A DNA stretch of 63,649 nucleotides, filler included, from Reclinomonas americana ATCC 50394 (taxonomy: Eukaryota), in assembly GCA_048213135.1 (NCBI GenBank). It is 15 parts of 15 records of this genome, joined end to end, with 100 filler letters (N's around TTAATTAATTAA, not from the genome) between each part and the next. Parts side by side here need not be neighbours in the genome. Positions count along the whole stretch, not along the records: positions 1 to 12,639 come from AFZH01022465.1; 14 more parts are not named here. One strand, written 5' to 3'. Every line of letters starts with the position of its first letter. Position 1 is the stretch's first letter. The notes below the pieces were generated by a model. That model was not told the origin of the DNA, did not search any database, and worked only from the letters and a program-made list of their open reading frames with translations. This document shows, in pieces, positions 1 to 8,879 of the stretch. The position numbers and the translations under genes were made by a program.

Positions 1-1217
1 TCCAGAAGCCGCTGCAACGTTGCATCCGAGTTTGCACGAGCCGCCATTAGTGCAAGCTTCTCCACGAACTTGGCCGACGGTCGAACGCGCTCGTCACGCA
101 ACAAGAGATCCACCACGGCCACATGGTTGCACTGGACCGCACAGCGCAGAGGGAGATTCTTTCGTGCAGCTGGGTCCACACGGGCGTCGCGGAGAAGCAG
201 CTGTACAACGTCTTCGTATCCGTGGAAGCACGCCACCACCAGCGGCATGTTGTCGTTGGTGGCGGCATTCACCGATGGCAGCGAGAGGAGACATTCCACA
301 GTCTCCGTGCGGCCGGCATCCACCGCCGCCTCAATCGCCCAGTTGTTGAGATCGCCGACATACACACGGCGATCGACCAGCAGCAGGCGAAGCATGGAGA
401 TGTTGCCGGCTGCGGCGGAGAAGCGCACGGCCGCATTGCGCTCCTGAGCCGGGTTCACTGGATCGTCGTGTTCCATGACCAGCAACCAGTTCACAATCGA
501 CTGCCGATCGTTCAGCACCGCCAGCTGGAAGACGTCGTCGAACAGCTTCTTCTCGGTCTCCACAGGGAATGCGGACTGCCCCGCCGGAGGACAAGTAATC
601 CGCATGGTCACCAGTTCCTGCAGCGTTGGCACCGGAGCGCCACACGCCGCTGCCAAGCGAATGACGTACAGCAGTGGATCCTCGTCGAATAGCGGAGCCT
701 GCCACCGGCGTACCTGCCGCGTAATACGGGTGGAGTAGTCATACTTGTTGTCTACGGGCGGAGGCAACCAACGAGCCGCCACGCCGTCACCCTGCTCGAG
801 TGCAAGTCGCACCGTGTCGTACCGCCACGACAACCGCGCGTGTTCCTGTGGCTGTTGCTGATCCTGGTAGTACCGATCCCGCTCCCGCTGTCGCTGCTGA
901 ACCTCGGTATCATCCCACGCAGGCGACGGACAAGGGGCAATGTAGGCAAGTGAGTCGCCATTTCCATCGTACTCGCGCAGGTCGGTACCATACGCCGGCC
1001 GGCGATTGTCATACCTACTATCGATGGCCTTGTACGATGGCTCTGGAGGCTCGCCAGAGCGCGGACGCCTGTGAGGCTGACTCGGCTTCTGATCGGCGGC
1101 ACTCGTCAACAGACGATGCAAGTCGGCAAACATGCAGTGAGCATCGCTCTCCACAACGTGCTTCTGGCGTTCAGCGTCCACCCACGTGGCGGCGGCATTG
1201 ATCGTCTCACGAAACAT
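1..1217 (-). CDS. Ankyrin-repeat protein, family A copy 1 (3' end runs off the window)
   Basis: ATG at 1217 (MFRETINAAATWVDAERQKHVVESDAHCMFADLHRLL...). Nucleotides 1-1200 are nearly identical to 1961-3170 of copy A2. It is absent from the ORF track because no stop codon falls inside the window. Confidence 0.85.
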   Translation of the reverse strand, partial: MFRETINAAATWVDAERQKHVVESDAHCMFADLHRLLTSAADQKPSQPHRRPRSGEPPEPSYKAIDSRYDNRRPAYGTDLREYDGNGDSLAYIAPCPSPAWDDTEVQQRQRERDRYYQDQQQPQEHARLSWRYDTVRLALEQGDGVAARWLPPPVDNKYDYSTRITRQVRRWQAPLFDEDPLLYVIRLAAACGAPVPTLQELVTMRITCPPAGQSAFPVETEKKLFDDVFQLAVLNDRQSIVNWLLVMEHDDPVNPAQERNAAVRFSAAAGNISMLRLLLVDRRVYVGDLNNWAIEAAVDAGRTETVECLLSLPSVNAATNDNMPLVVACFHGYEDVVQLLLRDARVDPAARKNLPLRCAVQCNHVAVVDLLLRDERVRPSAKFVEKLALMAARANSDATLQRLL

Positions 1218-1398
1218 GTGAGTGAATGTGTGTGTGCAGGACTCACATGAAAAACTCATCACAGCATTTGAGCTCCGACACAGCTGCAGCGCAGTGCACA
1301 TGCAAGAAGCCGAGGTTGGTTGAATATAGTTGGACGTGGGTCACCAAGCCAGCTGTTGCTTCATTAAACATCCATGATGAACAAGTGCTGCCCCCTCA

Positions 1399-3192
1399 TC
1401 AAGCTGCATCGGGAAACATCTGTTGCACCCGCGCCAGCAACTCCTTGGCCTTCGCATGCTTGAGGAAGCGCACGATATAGCCCAAACTGCGCGCGTCGAG
1501 CTTCTGCTGCTGCAGGACGCGAGCCGTTCGTGTGGTGAAGATTGCCTCCAACATGCCGGTGTACGTACTGTAGCTGCTCGCGCGCCCCAGCCGGGTGGGA
1601 TAGCGATCGTCGTAGTAGTCGTCGAGAGCGCCACCTACGTCCTCCAGAGGGTCATAGGGCGCGTTGCGATCCTTCTCATGAAGCTTAAGCACGTCGACGA
1701 GCTTGTAGAGGACATATGCGACGGCGTTGGCCTCAGTGGACTCCAGCAGTACTCGAACGACGTCGGCCATGGCGTTGTCCGTGGCGTAGAGGAGTGCCTT
1801 CTCAGCCACAGCCGTCGTCTGCGCTCCGCCCGGTCTGCCACGCACATCACCAAGCAGCACGGCAAGGGCCCTGGCACGGCCCTTGGCGACAGCAGTATAA
1901 AACACCGCCTTCCACAACTTCACCATGTCCATGGTACCCTCTGGCAATAGCTGCCGATCGTCCAGAAGCCGCTGCAACGTTGCATCCGAGTCAGCACGAG
2001 CCGCCATTAGCGCCAGCTTGCCCACGTACTCGGCCGATGGTCGAACGTGCTCGTCGCGCAACAAGAGATCCACCACGGCCACATGGTTGCACTGGACCGC
2101 ACAGCGCAGAGGGAGATTCTCTTGTGCTGCTGGGTCCACATGGGCGTCGCGGAGAAGCAGCTGCACAATGTCTTCGTACCCGTGGAAGCACGCCACCACC
2201 AGCGGCATGTTGTCGTTGGTGGCGGCGTTCACCGACGTCATCGAGAGGAGCAACTCCACAGTCTCCGTGCGGCCGGCATCCACTGCCGCCTCAATCGCCC
2301 AGTTGTTGAGGTCGCCGACATACACACGGCGATCGGCCAGCAGCAGGCGAAGCATGGAGATGTTGCCGGCTGCGGCGGCGAATCGCACGGCAGCGTTGCG
2401 CTCCTGAGCCGGGTTCACTGGCTCGTCGTGTTCCATGACCAGCAACCAGTTCACGATGGCCTGCCGATCGTTCAGCACCGCCAGCTGGAAGATGTCGTCG
2501 AACAGCGTCTTCTCGGTCTCCACAGGGAATGCGGACTGCCCCGCCGGAGGACAAGTAATCCGCATGGTCACCAGTTCCTGCAGCGTTGGCACCGGAGCGC
2601 CACACGCCGCTGCCAAGCGAATGACGTACAGCAGTGGATCCTCGGTGAAGAGCGGAGCCTGCCACTGGCGTACCTGCCGCGTAATACGGGTGGAGTAGTC
2701 ATACTTGTTGTCTACGGGCGGAGGCAACCAGCGAGCCGCCACGCCGTCACCCTGCTCGAGTGCAAGCCGCACCGTGTCGTACCGCCACGACAACCGCGCG
2801 CCGTACTGTTCCTGTGGCTGTTGCTGATCCTGGTAGTACCGGTCCCGCTCCCGCTCTTGTTGTCGCTGTCGCTGTTGAACCTCTTTACCATCCCACGCAG
2901 GCGGTGGATATGGAGCAATGTACGCGAGTGTGTCGCCTTGTCCATCGTACTCGCGCAGGTCGGTACCGTACTCTGGGCCACGACCATACATACGATCGAT
3001 GTCCTTGTATGATGGCTCGGGAGGCCTGCCAGAGCGCGGACGCCTGGGAGGCTGACTCGGCTTCTGCTCGCCAGCACTCGTCAACAGACGATGCAAGTCG
3101 GCAAACATGCAGTGAGCATCGCTCTCCACAACGTGCTTCTGGCGCTCAGCGTCAACCCAGGTGACGGCGGCCGAGCGCGTCGCACAGAACAT
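1399..3192 (-). CDS. Ankyrin-repeat protein, family A copy 2 (full length)
   Basis: ORF 1399..3393; the ATG at 3192 aligns with the starts of A1 and A3. Ankyrin repeats include NNWAIEAAVDAGRTETVELLL, NMPLVVACFHGYEDIVQLLL and NLPLRCAVQCNHVAVVDLLL. Ends in TGA. Confidence 0.88.
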   Translation of the reverse strand: MFCATRSAAVTWVDAERQKHVVESDAHCMFADLHRLLTSAGEQKPSQPPRRPRSGRPPEPSYKDIDRMYGRGPEYGTDLREYDGQGDTLAYIAPYPPPAWDGKEVQQRQRQQERERDRYYQDQQQPQEQYGARLSWRYDTVRLALEQGDGVAARWLPPPVDNKYDYSTRITRQVRQWQAPLFTEDPLLYVIRLAAACGAPVPTLQELVTMRITCPPAGQSAFPVETEKTLFDDIFQLAVLNDRQAIVNWLLVMEHDEPVNPAQERNAAVRFAAAAGNISMLRLLLADRRVYVGDLNNWAIEAAVDAGRTETVELLLSMTSVNAATNDNMPLVVACFHGYEDIVQLLLRDAHVDPAAQENLPLRCAVQCNHVAVVDLLLRDEHVRPSAEYVGKLALMAARADSDATLQRLLDDRQLLPEGTMDMVKLWKAVFYTAVAKGRARALAVLLGDVRGRPGGAQTTAVAEKALLYATDNAMADVVRVLLESTEANAVAYVLYKLVDVLKLHEKDRNAPYDPLEDVGGALDDYYDDRYPTRLGRASSYSTYTGMLEAIFTTRTARVLQQQKLDARSLGYIVRFLKHAKAKELLARVQQMFPDAA

Positions 3193-3330
3193 GTGACTTG
3201 GAGTGATGACGTAATGCGTGTGTGCATGCAGGACATCATCCTCCAGCTTGTTCGTGTGTCCGTTCCCCGCCCACGGGCAGTGAAGTCTCGCGTTGATCGC
3301 TGCGGTGCATCTGTCGACGCTGACGCTGAC

Positions 3331-6300
3331 ATGAGCAGGTCTGTGTGTGTGTGCGCGCGGACGCGACATGCCGTCACACTCTCTCTCGCTCACTCCCTCT
3401 CGTCCTTCTCATCGTGCACTTGTTGAACGTCGCAGTGCTGCTCCGTCCACGCCCCGCAGCCGCACACTGATCCAATCTGTGATTGCGTGGATCCAATGCG
3501 CTGACGACAGCATCGGCGGTGCACGCGCTCACGATGTGCTCCCCGCCGACACGTGTGCTGCGCTGGTGCACACGCTGCAAGCGCGAATCGGCGACCCTCC
3601 TCCATCGTTGTTGGCACACACACGTGCGGTGGATCGCCTCATTGCCCACTGGCGTGAAAGTGTGAATGTTCCGTGGGGCGCTGGCATCAAGGCAGCGCTG
3701 ATTCGTCGTGGACTCCAACCTCCTGCTGCTGCTGCTGCGGCCTCCTCGCAAGCGTCCACGCAGACCTGTTGTGACGACCACTGTCCTCCACCACCGCCGC
3801 CAGAACCGCGAATGGAGACGCTGAATGTCGACTGGAACTTTGCAGACTTGCTGGAGGCAGTCAGGTGTGTGTGTGTGTGCATCCACCCACCCTGCCACAC
3901 ACACACACTCCTCGCGACTGACATTGTGCGGTGATGAGCAGGAGTGGCTCACTGACTCGCGACGATGTGGCCGCGTTTCCGACATCGTGCAGGCCGTCGC
4001 CGATCAATCAGGCGAACTCGTCAGCATCACCGCCTGTCGTTGTGGCTCTCATGGTGGCGGCGGCGACTGGTTGCCCGAACGCGGTTGTGCAGTCGCTGCT
4101 TGAGGCAGTGGCGACTCCGGAAGAACGATCGCGCCTGTTGGAGAAGGTGTTCCATCTGGCGCTGATCAACGGGCACGTCACGCTGGTCAGTTGGTTGCTG
4201 GAGACGTATCCTGCGGTGAACCCCGGTTGTGCCAGCAACGCCCCGTTGCGGTTCGCTGCCAAGGTCGGCGACGCTGGCATGGTCGAGTGTCTGCTGCACG
4301 ATCGTCGCGTGTATGCTGGCGATGGCGACAACTTTGCCGTGCTTGCGGCGGCACAGTCGGGCCACGTGGAAGTGCTGCGAGTGCTGGTGCAGTCTCCTGC
4401 CGTTTTCGCGGCCGTCAACAGCAATCAGCCTTTGGTGTTGGCCTGTGTGAACGGCCACGTGGAGACCGTCGACTTCCTGCTGCAACTTGTCGTAGTGGAC
4501 CCAGCTGTCAACAACAACCAGCCGATGTACGAGGCCATCAAAGCGTCCCAGACAGCGGTAGTGGAGCGGTTGTTGGCGTGTCCGCGAGCTCGCATTACGA
4601 CCGCAGCGGCGCAACTCGCCGCCAGTCGTGAGGACCTAGTTCCATTGTTGCGCTTGCTGCTGAACGATTCACGAGTCGATGCACAAATCGCTTGTGTTCT
4701 GCTGCGTGAGTCGCTAGTCTCTGCCGTCAAATCTGATCGAGCTCTGCTGTTGGCTGAGTTGCTTGCCGACGAGAGACTGCGAGGCATGCGCGACGTGTGC
4801 ACTGCTGGTCTGCGCGTTGCTGTCGAGAAGGGATCAGTGGGCGCGTGTCGGGTACTGCTGGACCACGGTGTTGCTCAGCCCGAGGTCGGGTTCTTGGCGC
4901 TGTCCACGTTTCTGTATACGTTACCCGCACTGCCAACTTCACACGCGGCTGTAGGGAGATGGTCGTTACCGCGGCTACCGCCACCATCACCACCATCGCC
5001 ACGTGCATCGGTGCCTCTCGACGATGTGGCGACTGAACTTTTGGACCTGCTCACGCAGGAGGAGAGGCACCACGGGGCCGGTGATTACGTCTTTCGCCGA
5101 GTGTTTGACATGTTGCTTGAAAGGTCGGGCGTCGACCAGATTCATCTGTTGCTCGAGCGCTCCACCGGAATGGGCGCAGTGCTGTGCAGCAACAACAACC
5201 ACATTCTCCGAACCTGTGTCAGCAAGAACATGCTCCGCGAGGTCGCATTGCTGTTGGCCTCTGTCCCCGACTGTGATCCGTCAGCGGCCAACAATGAGGC
5301 CATCCGCATTGCAGCTGGCATGAGCCAGCCTGCCATGGCTGAGCTTTTGCTCCAGGATCCTCGAGTGGACCCTTCGGCCGCCGACAACGAGGCCATCCGT
5401 ATCGCCGCCCGCATGGGCCATACCGCCGTGGCCGAGCTTCTGCTCCAGGATCGTCGAGTGAACCCTGCGGCCGCCAACAGCGAGGCGCTGCGGTCAGCTG
5501 TTCCACACGGTCACGTTCCCTTGGTGGCGATGCTGCTCCGAGATCGTCGAGTGGATCCTTTGGCCGTCAATGGCGAGGCGCTGCGAATCACTGCACGTAT
5601 GGGCCTTACCGCCGTGGCCGAGCTTCTGCTCCAGGATCCTCGAGTGGACCCTTCGGCCGTCAATAACGAGGCGCTGCGGTTGGCTGTTCTGCGCGGTCAC
5701 GTTCCTTTTGTGGCGATGCTGCTCCGAGATCGTCGAGTGGACCCTGCGGCCGCCAACAACGAGGCCATCCGTATTGCCGCCCGAATGGGCCATACCGCCG
5801 TGGCTGAGCTTCTGCTCCAGGATCCTCGAGTGGACCCTGCGGCCGTCAACAGCGAGGCGCTGCGGTCAGCAGTTCAACACGGTCACGTTCCATTGGTGGC
5901 GATGCTGCTCCGAGATCGTCGAGTGCATCCTTCGGCCGTCAATGACGAGACGCTGCGATGGGCTGCTCGCATGGGCAATACCGCCATAGCCAAGCTTCTG
6001 CTCCAGGATCCTCGAGTGGACCCCTCGGCCGCTGACAATGAGGCGTTGCAGTCGGCTGTTCAGGGCGGTCACGTTCGGTTGGTGGCGATGCTGCTGCGAG
6101 ATCGACGCGTGCACGTGGATCTGAATGCAGTTCTGCAAGGGGATGCTCTCCGTAAGGCTGCAGATGGTGTTCAGGCAACCCTTGTCGAATTGCTGGTGGC
6201 GCAACCCGGTGTGGGCCTGTCGGTTGATTGCCTGACGAGAACCATCGGTCTCCTGCGCAGCTCGAATCAAGGGAGCCAACAACGTGCTGTTCGTGTCACT

Positions 6301-7117
6301 GGTCGGCACGCGGCTGTGGTCGCCCATTTGCTGTGCCGGCAGGAGATGGTGGTGTCAGCTGCCAGCGTCCCTGCAACGGCAGACAGCTGGAAGCCATCCA
6401 AGTATGCGTATGGACCGTCAACGACTTTGGAAACATATGCCAAGACGCTACGTTGGATTCTGGAGGAGGCCAGGCAGCAGGAATGGCCTTCGTATCAGTG
6501 CTATAGCTATATTAATCGGCAGCCGCAGCCGCAGCGGAGTCCGTCCGCGTGGCCTCTGCATAGTCAGCGATGGGCACCACTGCAAGCCGTCTTGATTGCC
6601 TTCCCGGGCCACAGCACTGACATTCGACGTGCGCTGGGGACTCCGAAGAAGATCCCAGCGTGGTTTGCAGAAGCGGTGAGATGATGCTGGCTAGTGGGCT
6701 CGCCGACACAACGCTCCACCTGACATATCTGCGCCTGCCGTGTACGTACTACAGCTCAAGCAGTGGCTGAAGGATGCTCGCAGCATCTTCGGCAACGCCG
6801 CCAGCAGGAGGTACGCGGCTGGCCGTTCCGTGGAATGGGCGCTGCCGGATGGCGACCCGCGACCTCTGGTGACACTCTACCACCAACTGCATGACCCGAA
6901 ACGGTTGCGCGACGTGTACCGCCTGTTCGTTCCCGAAGTGCAGGAGTGCCCTATCGTGTCGGCAATGCGCGGAGTGCTGCAGGGCTTGGCGCGCGATGTG
7001 CTGCATCGAGTCTGCTTGGTGAAGTTGTACGCACGGGTGTTGGCACCGCGCTTGGTTGCCGCTGGTTGCCCCGCGTTGCCAGAGGAGCTGTTGTTGCACA
7101 TAGCAAGCTATTGTTGA
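3331..7117 (+). CDS. Ankyrin-repeat protein with C-terminal F-box-like motif, family B copy 1 (4 exons: 3331-3338, 3436-3864, 3942-6675, 6755-7117)
   Basis: GT..AG introns (CTGAC branch sites in introns 2 and 3) join ORFs 3347..3934, 3931..6684 and 6740..7117 in frame (MS|SAAPST..., EAVR|SGSL..., WFAEA|LKQWLK...). It has nine 31-aa DPxAxxNEAxR...LLxDxRV repeats and ends PALPEELLLHIASYC*. Confidence 0.85.
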
Positions 7118-7247
7118 TTTTTTAAACTAGAAGAAACAAGAACACCGTCCTTTGCCAGAGGTACTGCGTTGTTAGGCAAGATCAAGATGCTTATCATCAT
7201 GCGGGACCCTGTTCGTTGGTGAATGAAGCAGTAGATTGTAATCATAT

Positions 7248-8702
7248 CTATAGTATGTTGCTGTTGGCCATCGTGCACTGCAGCAGCACTCGAACGACAT
7301 CGGCCATGGCAGTGTCCGTGGCGTAGGAGAGCACTTTCTCGGCCATCGCCGTCAACTGTGCACCCTCCGGTCTGCCGCGCGCTTCGCCAAGCACCACGGC
7401 AAGGGCCTTGGCACGGCCCTTGGCGACGGCAGTATAAAACACCGCCTTCCACAACTTCACCATGTCCACAGTACCCTCTGGCAACAGCTGCCTATCGCCA
7501 AGAAGCCGCTGCAACGTTGCATCCGAGTCAGCACGAGCCGCCATTAGCGCCAGCTTGCCCACGTACTCGGCCGATGGTCGAACGCGCTCGTCGAGCAACA
7601 AGAGATCCACCACGGCTACATGGTTGCACTGGACCGCACAGCGTAGAGGCAGATTATCCTGTGCTGCTGGGTCCACACGGGCGTCGCGGAGTAGCAGCTG
7701 TGCAACGTCTTCGTATCCGTGGAAGCACGCCACCACCAGCGGCATGTTGTCGTTGGTGGCGGCATTCACCGACGGCAGCGAGAGGAGCAACTCCACAATC
7801 TCCGTGTGGCCGGCATCCACCGCCGCCTCAATCGCCCAGTTGTTGAGATCGCCGGCATACACGCGGCGATCGGCCAGCAGCAGGCGAAGCATGGAGATGT
7901 TGCCGGCTGCGGCGGCGAATCGCACGGCAGCGTTGCGCTCCTGAGCCGGGTTCACTGGATCGTCGTGCTCCATGACCAGCAACCAGTTCACGATGGCCTG
8001 CCGATCGTTCAGCACGGCCAGCTGGAAGATGTCGTCGAACAGCGTCTTCTCGGTCTCCACAAAGAATACAGGCCGTCGGTGTGTCACACGCATGGTCACC
8101 AGTTCCTGCAGCGTTGGCACGGGAGCGCCACACGCCGCTGCCAAGCGAATGACGTAGAGCAGCGGATCCTCGTCGAATAGCGGAGCCACCCGCCGCATAT
8201 TGTATGTGTCGGGAGGCAGCCAGCGAGCCGCCACGCCACCGCCCTGCTCGAGCGCAAGTCGCACAGTGTCGTACCGCCACGACAAACGCGCGCCGTACTT
8301 CGGCTCTGGCGGCTGCTCTCTCAGGTAATACCAGTTCCACTGTCGGAGGTGTACCCGTTGCCGCTGTTGAACTTCGTTATCATCCCACGCAGGCGGCGGA
8401 TAAGGAGCAACGTAATCAAGTGGGTCGCCTTTTCCGGATCCATGGTCTTGGTGCAAATCGGTACCGTCCTCGAGCTCCGGGCAACTGCCTTTCAAACGAT
8501 CGATCACCTTGCACGGCGGCTCTGGAGGCCTGCCAGAGCGCGGACGCCTGGGAGGCTGACTCGGCTTCTGCTCGCCAGCACTCGTCAACAGACGATGCAA
8601 GTCGGCAAACATGCAGTGAGCATCGCTCTCCACAACGTGCTTCTGGCGTTCGATGTCCACCCAGGCGACGGCGGCCGTACGCGTGATCGTCTCACGATAC
8701 AT
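7248..8702 (-). CDS. Ankyrin-repeat protein, family A copy 3 (C-terminally truncated, possibly a pseudogene)
   Basis: 484-aa ORF collinear with A2 up to ...ADVVRVLL. It then diverges and stops at TAG after about 10 residues, whereas A2 continues for roughly 110 aa more. Confidence 0.8.
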   Translation of the reverse strand: MYRETITRTAAVAWVDIERQKHVVESDAHCMFADLHRLLTSAGEQKPSQPPRRPRSGRPPEPPCKVIDRLKGSCPELEDGTDLHQDHGSGKGDPLDYVAPYPPPAWDDNEVQQRQRVHLRQWNWYYLREQPPEPKYGARLSWRYDTVRLALEQGGGVAARWLPPDTYNMRRVAPLFDEDPLLYVIRLAAACGAPVPTLQELVTMRVTHRRPVFFVETEKTLFDDIFQLAVLNDRQAIVNWLLVMEHDDPVNPAQERNAAVRFAAAAGNISMLRLLLADRRVYAGDLNNWAIEAAVDAGHTEIVELLLSLPSVNAATNDNMPLVVACFHGYEDVAQLLLRDARVDPAAQDNLPLRCAVQCNHVAVVDLLLLDERVRPSAEYVGKLALMAARADSDATLQRLLGDRQLLPEGTVDMVKLWKAVFYTAVAKGRAKALAVVLGEARGRPEGAQLTAMAEKVLSYATDTAMADVVRVLLQCTMANSNIL

Positions 8703-8836
8703 GTGTGAGTGAGTGATGACGGACGTAATGTGTGCAGGACATCATCCTCCAGCTTGTTCGTGTGTCCGTTCCCCGCCCACGGGCAGTGAAGTCTCGCGTT
8801 GATCGCTGCGGTGCATCTGTCGACGCTGACGCTGAC

Positions 8837-8847
8837 ATGAGCAGGTC

Positions 8848-8879
<32 letters not shown>

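Noticed and set aside
6740..7117. 125-aa ORFs (also 11860..12237) as independent genes
   Set aside because: They start at GTG inside an intron 3' end and splice in frame to the ankyrin B genes.
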